DNA of 64,000 bases from positions 32,001 through 96,000 of the IMG/VR virus record IMGVR_UViG_3300027708_000033. One strand, 5' to 3'. Of the stretch, positions 1 to 7,362 are shown in pieces; positions within the stretch are counted from its first letter, which is position 1; each line of letters opens with the position of its first letter. Both the position numbers and the translations under genes were made by a program. A model generated the notes under the pieces. It saw only the letters and a program-made list of their open reading frames with translations, made no database searches and was not told the DNA's origin. This stretch comes from a virus.

Positions 1-1
1 G

Positions 2-1633
2 AATTCTGTCAATTGCTTGCTTGTGCTCAACCAACGACCAAGGTCGCTGAAGCATAACCAAACGTCGACCAGCAGTCAGTGTGATACCAACACCACCAGC
101 TGCAGCTGTAAACAACACCCATTTGATTCGACCAGACTGGAAGTCATCTACGGCTTTTTGGCGTTCGTCTTCGTCTTGTGCACCAGTGATAAGTCCATGT
201 GGAATGTCAGCTTTAGTAAGTTCTGCACTGAGCAGCTCGATTAGTTGACGAGACACGGCGCACACCGCAACTGAGTCGTCACCAAAGTCTCCAGATTTAA
301 TGTCGTCCATTAGTGCGTCAATCTTTGCAGATGGACCGACTAGAACGGTTTTAGTCTCACCTGTAGTCTCGTCTACTTGAAGTTCTGCAAATGAACTAGC
401 AAACTGGAGTAAACGTGTTGTCTGAGTCAATGGACTTGGCGCTACAACCGCATCACCGTTTTCAAGTTCTGCAATCATGAGGTCACGCATCTGCTCATAG
501 GCTTTTTTCTGCTTAGGTGACATCTCAACGTCTCGACGCTCGAACATCATCTCAGGTAGCCAAGGCAGAACGCGTGCCTTTAGCATGCGGCGCATTCTTG
601 GATTTATAGCTGCATGGAATTCCTGCTGCATGTGCGACTTGACCCCAAGAACCATCATGCCGCCAAATGCATTTAGCATTGTGTCAATCATGCGGTCAAT
701 CCATCTAGTTTTGCTAGGCCACTCTTCTGGAGAAATCCAGTGCAAAATTGCCCACATGTCTAGAACATTGTTTGCAATTGGGGTACCAGTCAGTGCGTAA
801 CGAATGTCCGCATCTCCAGTTGCCGCCCAAAGTGCGCGAGTCTGTTTAGACTTAGGTTCCTTTGAACGGTGCATCTCATCGGCAATAACAGCTTTAAAGT
901 CCATCTTGTTTAGCTCACGTAAATGCACCTCGCAACGATTCTCTGAAACCTTCTCGTCATGACCGCCGCATTCTGTGCAACGAGCAAGTGCAACTGAACC
1001 ATAAGGTGCTAATCTTGAGTGTGAACGCAACGACTCCCAGTTGATTACATAAACATGAGTGCCGTCTTCTTCAAATTGCTTTTTACGCTGAGTTGCTGAA
1101 CCTTTGATTACAGTGACGTTTACTCCTGGCCACCACTTAGCAAACTCGCGCTTCCAGTTTTTCTTTAGAGTGTTTGGGCAAACGACTAGCGCAGGAAACA
1201 CCTGTTCACCGCGTCCGTTCAGTTCTGCTAGTGCGCGAATAGCCTGAGCTGTTTTGCCAAGACCAGGCTCATCTGCTAGAAGTGCACGACGCGCTGTTGC
1301 TAGGAACTTTACTCCTGCACGCTGGTGTGGAAACAAATCTTGATAACCTTCACCGTCAGGCAGCGACTCAAGGTCGCGAAGCTCATTTGATGGAGTTATT
1401 CTAGTAGCAAGTTCGTTTGCTGCCCAATCTCCAAGCTTTCCACCGATAACTAGCTCGTCACGAAAAGTTGAGCGCAGCGCTAAACAAGTTGCCCACGAAA
1501 CCGGGATTTTCCAAAGCTGGTCTTTGGCACTGTAACTTGCGCCAGGGATACTCTTGCAAAGTTCTTTGTAACGCCATTCGGCGCCGATGATAATGTGCTT
1601 GCCTGTTTCATCAAGCTCAACGTTTACTGGCAT
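2..1633 (-). CDS. SNF2-family (SF2) DNA helicase, truncated by the left window edge; absent from the ORF track
   Basis: Manual translation from ATG at 1633 (RBS GAAAGGA): MPVNVELDETGKH... with LFPHQ, motif I LLADEPGLGKT, motif II IADEMH, motif III ALTGTP, motif V TAAAGGVGITLTAA. Confidence 0.93.
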   Translation of the reverse strand, partial: MPVNVELDETGKHIIIGAEWRYKELCKSIPGASYSAKDQLWKIPVSWATCLALRSTFRDELVIGGKLGDWAANELATRITPSNELRDLESLPDGEGYQDLFPHQRAGVKFLATARRALLADEPGLGKTAQAIRALAELNGRGEQVFPALVVCPNTLKKNWKREFAKWWPGVNVTVIKGSATQRKKQFEEDGTHVYVINWESLRSHSRLAPYGSVALARCTECGGHDEKVSENRCEVHLRELNKMDFKAVIADEMHRSKEPKSKQTRALWAATGDADIRYALTGTPIANNVLDMWAILHWISPEEWPSKTRWIDRMIDTMLNAFGGMMVLGVKSHMQQEFHAAINPRMRRMLKARVLPWLPEMMFERRDVEMSPKQKKAYEQMRDLMIAELENGDAVVAPSPLTQTTRLLQFASSFAELQVDETTGETKTVLVGPSAKIDALMDDIKSGDFGDDSVAVCAVSRQLIELLSAELTKADIPHGLITGAQDEDERQKAVDDFQSGRIKWVLFTAAAGGVGITLTAGRRLVMLQRPWSLVEHKQAIDRI

Positions 1634-1720
1634 GCTGTTCCTTTCGTCATTAAGTTCATAGTATCAAGTAGTTTGATAAAAATACTCGTTTTTGTCTAGT
1701 ATCTTTCAAATTATACAAGT
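1634..1720 (-). promoter_or_regulatory. Putative sigma70-type promoter(s) and RBS for the helicase
   Basis: On - strand: TATAAT (1710-1715), extended TG-a-TACTAT (~1658-1666), then AATGACGAAAGGA before the ATG. Confidence 0.5.
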
Positions 1721-2188
1721 TTATTGAAGCAAACGGATAGGCTTCCAACCTAGTCTAATTATGTGAAGCAGTCCGTGGCGAATAGCATCTAAAGCGTGGC
1801 CTTCTCCACCAACATGCCAATACTCAAGTTTCTTTAGTTTAGGGTTGTCGAACATTCCCTTTGCGTCTGACGGCGACTGAAAATAAATGTCTGTAGTTGC
1901 TCGGCCAACATCTAGCAAGCACTGTTTAAGAATTCCAATTTGCTCAAGTGAGAACGGCGCCTGCGAGTTTCTCACAGTCTGCGCGTTGATAGTAAATCGC
2001 TCACATACTATGTCAATCTCAAGTCCCATTTGGTTTGCTGCATCTAGAGCAGCTCTTATCGGTGCTGCGTATTCTTCTTGTTGGACTTCAAGAGACCAGA
2101 CAATCTCTGGTTCCTGGCCATTAGTGTAACTAAATAAAGCCATTCCTGTTGCTTTACCTGGGTCTACTGCTAGAACTAGTTTAGCCAT
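1721..2188 (-). CDS. RuvC-like Holliday junction resolvase
   Basis: RNase H-fold acidic motifs LAVDPGKATG, IVCERF, HALDAIRH; lies between PolA and helicase. Confidence 0.8.
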   Translation of the reverse strand: MAKLVLAVDPGKATGMALFSYTNGQEPEIVWSLEVQQEEYAAPIRAALDAANQMGLEIDIVCERFTINAQTVRNSQAPFSLEQIGILKQCLLDVGRATTDIYFQSPSDAKGMFDNPKLKKLEYWHVGGEGHALDAIRHGLLHIIRLGWKPIRLLQ

Positions 2189-4008
2189 TAGTACTTATCT
2201 CCCCATGTCTCTAGCGGTCCATCGATTCCAGATGTGAGCGGAACTGCCCAGCCTTCTGTTGTTGTCATGCACTCTTTTACAGTCTGCATGATTTCCTTAA
2301 CGTCCTTGCGTGGAGCATTAAGAACTATTTCGTCATGAACTGGCACGATTAGTAGTTCAGTTAAATCTGCCTGGTCGAGCTTGATTAGATTACTCTTGAA
2401 GACTTCGGCTGCACCTCCTTGGATTAAATAATTGACCAATGTATAAGTGCGGTCATCGTCGCAAGGAATTCGACGTCCAGTCCAAGTTTGCACGTAGCCT
2501 TGACCCTCTGAGCGAAGACGTCTCTGACCTAAATCGTCAATCTGTCTTTGAAACATCGCCATTCCAGGGAAGCGAACATCAAACGCATCTGAAACCGCCT
2601 TCATCTGAGACTTAGTAACTCCAGCTGTAATTGCCTGCTTGTCAACACCGGCGCCATACAGACGACCATAAATTACACCCTTGATGAGATTACGGCGTTT
2701 ATCAGAACGTTGCATTGTAGGGTCTTGGTAAATCTCACGACCAATCTCAGTAAAAGGGTCAGAGCCAGTAGCATCGGCAAGGTTAAACAAGCTGATTAGA
2801 TTTTCGTCCTGCGACATAGACGAGAACATGCGGAACTCTACCTGGTCAAGGTCAGATGTAACAATTACGTGGTCATCGTCTTTAGGCAAGAATGCACGAC
2901 GAACAGTGTCATCTCCTTTTGGCAGTGTCTGCAGTGCTGGTGCAGTAATAGACATGCGACCAGTGCGAGCACCCATAGTTCTAACAGACGGGTGCATGAT
3001 TCCATCGATGTTGCCTTCAATGAAGTTCTTAAAATAAGTATTGGCTAACTTATCTGCTTTGCGCTGTGAGAGAACAGTTTTTGCCAAGTTCTGTACCTCC
3101 GGTGGACCGTCAATAGCAAGAAGTTTTAGCTGGTCTTTGGTCGCTGATTTCTGGCCTGTTGCAGTAAACTCAGTAAACTCTGCTCCAAGAGTTTCAAACT
3201 GACGGACTAGCTGCATGTTGCTTGTAATTGACAGACCGTTGTAGTTGGTCTTAGCCCAGTCTTTTACTTGTTCAGTGTATGCAGTGAGTTCGTCAAACTT
3301 CTTCTTAGAGTAGTCTAGGTCGATACGCGCACCGTTGAGTTCCATGCGAGTAACAATCTTGCGTGTCGCCATCTCAAGTTCATAGGCTCTAGAGTACGGA
3401 CCTTCAGGACCACATTTCTCCCACATCTTTTCAAAGATGCGCATAGTCAAAACTGTGTCTAGCGCACCATATGCCCAGTACGGCTGAAAGCTAGTCGGCA
3501 CAGTTCCCCAAGTCCAGCCATTCTTGTGCATCTCTTCATCTAGGTGTGACTGAAGTTGCGCAGCACGCGGGTCGACATACTGAGCAGTTAGACGCTTCAG
3601 TGCAGCAGATTCAAGTGGGTTGATAATCTGAGCCATAAGCATAGTGTCGTGTGCATTGTGCCAAGGCAGATTCCACCTTGACTGAACTGCAAACCAGCGA
3701 GCCTCAAAGGCAATGTTGTGACAGACAATTGGACCGTCAAACTTGTCCATTGCTTGGTAGAAGACACCTGACCATTCGTCCCAAGGAATCGACCAGCCAT
3801 GCTCTGCGTCACCAACCTGGACTAAACGTAGTTTACCGTGCCATGGAGAAAACGCGTGGTCTTTAGGGTTACCAGGCAGCTCACCTGTTTCAGTGTCGAT
3901 TGCAACAGCGTTCATTGGTCGACGTTCACCAAGCCAGGTAAGAAATTCTCCGGCCTTTTCGACACTATCGACTAGGTCTAGCTTTACACCATCTAATCCT
4001 GTTGTCAT
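2188..4008 (-). CDS. polA: Family A DNA polymerase with 3'-5' exonuclease, no 5'-3' exonuclease
   Basis: ExoI AIDTETG, ExoII HNIAFE, ExoIII YGALD; TGRMS; motif A DLDQVEFR; motif B RNLIKGVIYGRLYG; motif C VHDE. Confidence 0.96.
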   Translation of the reverse strand: MTTGLDGVKLDLVDSVEKAGEFLTWLGERRPMNAVAIDTETGELPGNPKDHAFSPWHGKLRLVQVGDAEHGWSIPWDEWSGVFYQAMDKFDGPIVCHNIAFEARWFAVQSRWNLPWHNAHDTMLMAQIINPLESAALKRLTAQYVDPRAAQLQSHLDEEMHKNGWTWGTVPTSFQPYWAYGALDTVLTMRIFEKMWEKCGPEGPYSRAYELEMATRKIVTRMELNGARIDLDYSKKKFDELTAYTEQVKDWAKTNYNGLSITSNMQLVRQFETLGAEFTEFTATGQKSATKDQLKLLAIDGPPEVQNLAKTVLSQRKADKLANTYFKNFIEGNIDGIMHPSVRTMGARTGRMSITAPALQTLPKGDDTVRRAFLPKDDDHVIVTSDLDQVEFRMFSSMSQDENLISLFNLADATGSDPFTEIGREIYQDPTMQRSDKRRNLIKGVIYGRLYGAGVDKQAITAGVTKSQMKAVSDAFDVRFPGMAMFQRQIDDLGQRRLRSEGQGYVQTWTGRRIPCDDDRTYTLVNYLIQGGAAEVFKSNLIKLDQADLTELLIVPVHDEIVLNAPRKDVKEIMQTVKECMTTTEGWAVPLTSGIDGPLETWGDKY

Positions 4009-4499
4009 TCGTTTTCCTCAATCGTCTCTACTTCAAGCCCACAGCTGCGCAGGTAATCTAATACTTTTTCTGGCTGTCTGTGAACGTCTATTGTTCTTAT
4101 TATAGTCACGACTCTGCGCAAACCTGAGTTGCTAATAAGTTTAGCACACTGCATGCATGGAGCTCCTGTGACGTATATAGTACCGTCGTCAACTCTTGAA
4201 CGGTCTACGTATAGTAGTGCGTTTGCTTCAGCGTGAATAGATGGGCAGGAATCATAAGTATTGTCTAGCGCAGTTAGACCTTGTGCACGCGGGCACCAGT
4301 TGATGCAGTTTCCATCTACCTTTAGATTAGCTGCTGGACCGTTGTAGCCAGTTGCACTAATACGCTGGTTTGCTGATACTACAACTGCACCGACTTGAGC
4401 CCTAGAACAGACTGAGCGTTTGGCTATTAGCCGTGCTATGTCCATCCAGGTTTTATCCCAGCTAGGTCTAGAAGAACTCTCCGTCTTCACCGTCATCAT
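4005..4499 (-). CDS. dCMP deaminase (zinc-dependent cytidine deaminase fold)
   Basis: RS.C...VGAV, TGYNG, HAEANA and PCMQC motifs. Confidence 0.93.
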   Translation of the reverse strand: MMTVKTESSSRPSWDKTWMDIARLIAKRSVCSRAQVGAVVVSANQRISATGYNGPAANLKVDGNCINWCPRAQGLTALDNTYDSCPSIHAEANALLYVDRSRVDDGTIYVTGAPCMQCAKLISNSGLRRVVTIIRTIDVHRQPEKVLDYLRSCGLEVETIEENE

Positions 4500-4713
4500 A
4501 GAATTCCTGTTCGTCTCTTTCGTCTTCGCGATAATTGTCTTCGTATGGAATCATCATTCCACTTACAAGAACCTGTGCTACTAGGAACAACGCTTCTTGG
4601 GTTTTAAACCCAACCGAGAGCAGTTCTTTGTAGAGCTCGTTGAGCTGGAGCGCGTTAATCCGCAGCGGGCTGATGTATACGTCAGACGCGTATTGGTCAA
4701 ACTCCTCTGGCAT
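4468..4713 (-). CDS. Small acidic hypothetical protein
   Basis: Fills the gap between the synthase and deaminase genes, abutting or overlapping both. Confidence 0.7.
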   Translation of the reverse strand: MPEEFDQYASDVYISPLRINALQLNELYKELLSVGFKTQEALFLVAQVLVSGMMIPYEDNYREDERDEQEFYDDGEDGEFF

Positions 4714-5568
4714 TTACTCACTCTTTTCTCGGTTTCTGTCAATAGACTTAACCATAGCGTCTGTGTACCATCTAGCTTCTAGAGTTAGACCAGCATACGC
4801 TTCGGCAGAGCCTGTAGCAGCTAATGCAAGATTGGCTTGATTTTGAACATCTTGCCAAGTATCTCCAGTAATAAACGGTACAGGAGTAATCTTATCAGCG
4901 TACTTCAAGTTGTCTGCCGACTCGTAGTGCTGCTCATAGATGTGTAGCGAACCTACATGGTGAGTATACTTGCCAACATCAATGCCTAGAACTGAAGCCA
5001 TAGCGATTTGCACCCTGGTGAACTGGAAGAAGTCGTAAGCAGCACCAAGCCACACATCATTTGAGCGCATGTACACACTCATGTTTAGTTTGTTGTCACG
5101 AATACGGAACTGGTGAAGTGTGGTGCAAGGATAGTCACGCTTGCCATCTTCTAGGTCAAGAGACGGGTCCCAGATAGTTACAAGTGCTTGCCGACTGTCA
5201 GGGTCTTTTTTTAGACGCTCAATGATTGGTGCGTACTGGTTTTGAGTACGTGGACCGTAAGCGCCATGGAAAGTTCCATCATCATTTGTGTAAGCCTTGA
5301 ACTGAGGGCCGACCGCTACTAGTAATTCGTGAGCAGAGACACCGCCTAGCAGTTGCATTGCTTCAACTGCACCAATACCTGGAACAGTGCCGCGGTTGAT
5401 GCCGAGTGGTAACGTGTCGTATGGATTTTCGATACGAATGACTGCATCTTCAATCTCGCGGGTCTTCTGACCACGAGGTGCTACTTCTTTACCGTGCTTT
5501 AGTACATGCTGCACTAGGTCAACGTAACCGTTGACTCCATCAGCGATGTTGATTACCGCAGAATCCAT
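4714..5568 (-). CDS. Thymidylate synthase-family enzyme, probably dCMP-specific (methylase or hydroxymethylase)
   Basis: AYGPR, DSRQA, catalytic PC (DYPCT), MRSNDVWLGAAYD, HVGSLHIYE; Asp replaces the specificity Asn (YD instead of FN). Confidence 0.85.
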   Translation of the reverse strand: MDSAVINIADGVNGYVDLVQHVLKHGKEVAPRGQKTREIEDAVIRIENPYDTLPLGINRGTVPGIGAVEAMQLLGGVSAHELLVAVGPQFKAYTNDDGTFHGAYGPRTQNQYAPIIERLKKDPDSRQALVTIWDPSLDLEDGKRDYPCTTLHQFRIRDNKLNMSVYMRSNDVWLGAAYDFFQFTRVQIAMASVLGIDVGKYTHHVGSLHIYEQHYESADNLKYADKITPVPFITGDTWQDVQNQANLALAATGSAEAYAGLTLEARWYTDAMVKSIDRNREKSE

Positions 5569-6563
5569 GTGTCTTCCTTATCTTTTGTAGTTGCTAGTCT
5601 GGCTATTGCCTGACCGTATTCTGACTTACGAGAGTTTGCAAAGCGTCGTACCCATTGGGGGTGAGGGAGCACACAGTACTCTTCGTCAGTGAATCCTTGT
5701 TTTGTGAGACCTTTTTCAGCTAGTCTACCTAACGCAATGATAGGAGGTTCACCAATAGCCTTCCATAGTGAGCGAATCACGCCAGGTTCTTGGTCGTTGA
5801 TGTTGATTAGACCAATTTCCTTCCAAAATTCATCTGGCAGTGAAGTAAGTAGGTACTCACCAGAATTACTGTCTAATGGAGTAAAAGGCAAGTCAGTCTT
5901 GTGGCTATACTTCTTCTTTATATTTGGTCGGTCACCAATTAGAAGGACCTTTGGTTTTGGGACTCCAATGTACTGCGGAAAATACTCTAGATGTGAAGCC
6001 ATGATTGACACTTCTTGCGCAGCATCGACAATCATCTTTGCTAACTCAGGAAGAGCATCTAGGCTATCTGGCTTAGGAGTCAGCATCGCCGTACCTATAG
6101 AAGCTCGTCGTGCAATGTGATACTGGCTCAAGATTTCTGACAAATCAGATGTGTCTACAAAGTCATCACCACGCGCCTCTAAACGCCGCTGAATGACCTC
6201 TAGAGGCTGATAAAGCCAGAACTGTGCAATACCACGAGATGCCATAAATAGTTCCACCCAGCGCCATCCAGCCTGTCCAAGTAGACCATATCCGTCTGCG
6301 TTAGTACCTGGTCTGAACTTAGGTGCATAGGTGATTTCACCCCAGTGCCAACGGTCAGATAGGCAGATTTGTTTAAACAGATTTTCATGCTCTATAGCCA
6401 AGACGTAGTCATTTAGAACCCAATTACGTGTCAGTTCTTCTGGCTTGCCTTTATGAAAAAGCTTAATAGGAGCACTGCGAAAGCGAGTGCTAAGTTCTTG
6501 TTTTACTGCCTCAGTTAAAGAGGTCTTGCCTGAAGCGTCGGTGCCTTCAAGTACTATAAACAT
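5553..6563 (-). CDS. Nucleotide monophosphate (thymidylate-type) kinase fused to a uracil-DNA-glycosylase-superfamily domain
   Basis: N-term MFIVLEGTDASGKT P-loop, DRWHWGE..Y, RLEARGDD; C-term VLLIGDRPN..PF..SGEYL..IIALGRLA..LPHPQW. Start moved to 6563 (RBS AAAGGA). Confidence 0.8.
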   Translation of the reverse strand: MFIVLEGTDASGKTSLTEAVKQELSTRFRSAPIKLFHKGKPEELTRNWVLNDYVLAIEHENLFKQICLSDRWHWGEITYAPKFRPGTNADGYGLLGQAGWRWVELFMASRGIAQFWLYQPLEVIQRRLEARGDDFVDTSDLSEILSQYHIARRASIGTAMLTPKPDSLDALPELAKMIVDAAQEVSIMASHLEYFPQYIGVPKPKVLLIGDRPNIKKKYSHKTDLPFTPLDSNSGEYLLTSLPDEFWKEIGLININDQEPGVIRSLWKAIGEPPIIALGRLAEKGLTKQGFTDEEYCVLPHPQWVRRFANSRKSEYGQAIARLATTKDKEDTWILR

Positions 6564-6600
6564 GCGTGTCCTTTTGTCATTGTGGTTCAATTATACCACG
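6564..6600 (-). promoter_or_regulatory. Extended -10 promoter and RBS for the nucleotide/replication operon
   Basis: - strand TG-g-TATAAT (6590-6598), then ACAATGACAAAAGGACACGC-ATG. Confidence 0.65.
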
Positions 6601-7071
6601 TTACGGAATAAGTTCTATCCTGTAAATAGAATCTATTTTAGAGTCGTTCTTTGAAGACTCTTCGAGTAGACGCTGCGCTACGTTAGTTAGATACCTAGCT
6701 CCACCGTCATCGTACTTGTATAGTGCGTCAAGAACAGCTTCAGCGTCCTCACTGACCTGTGCCCAGTAACGATACTTCTCAGGAAAGACTAGTTCTGCTT
6801 CTTCAGTCGGGTCGCATTCCTCACATGGTAGTGCATCTTGAGCTAGCTCTGTGTACTCGACTTCTTGCAGGCCGTAGCGCTTTACAAGCTGGCATGCTGC
6901 TCCGTGATAGATAAGTGACACACCTACTCGTGACAAAATGTACGAACCGCTTTCAGTGCGGTATAGTTCAAACTCAATCCAGCGAGTGGAGCCGCGACGG
7001 TAAGATGAAGACTTACCTAGCAACCTTCCACTAAACTGGAGCGTGCGTGCTCCGTCTTTTACCTCTAGCAA
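6601..7071 (-). CDS. Hypothetical protein with HxxxC/CxxC putative metal ligands
   Basis: Full ORF in operon orientation; YHGAAC and PCEEC. Confidence 0.75.
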   Translation of the reverse strand: MLEVKDGARTLQFSGRLLGKSSSYRRGSTRWIEFELYRTESGSYILSRVGVSLIYHGAACQLVKRYGLQEVEYTELAQDALPCEECDPTEEAELVFPEKYRYWAQVSEDAEAVLDALYKYDDGGARYLTNVAQRLLEESSKNDSKIDSIYRIELIP

Positions 7072-7111
7072 TGGATTCTCTTTCTAATACGTCTATGCCT
7101 GTAAGACAATT

Positions 7112-7348
7112 TTATTTAGAATCGGCAGAGGTGTCTTTGTTGAGAACCGCATCTAGCTGAGACTGGAGCTTAGCATTCTTCTCCCGCTCAAGGACTAGAA
7201 GAGTCTCTAGTTCAGTGTTGCCTAGAACGTAGCCTGAAAGCTTCTCTCTAGTTGTCTGAAGTAGACGAGCTAAAGTGTCGTAGTCTGCAGACTGCTGCTG
7301 CTGCTCGACACCCTTTGGTGCTTTTCTTGGGTCAAATGAATCTGTCAT
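7112..7348 (-). CDS. Small coiled-coil protein after the tail fibre
   Basis: RBS AAGGAGA; heptad-like C-terminal half. Confidence 0.7.
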   Translation of the reverse strand: MTDSFDPRKAPKGVEQQQQSADYDTLARLLQTTREKLSGYVLGNTELETLLVLEREKNAKLQSQLDAVLNKDTSADSK

Positions 7349-7362
7349 TATATTCTCCTTGT

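Noticed and set aside
4714-5568. Labelling the synthase as ordinary thyA
   Set aside because: The specificity residue is Asp, not Asn, so canonical dUMP methylation cannot be assumed
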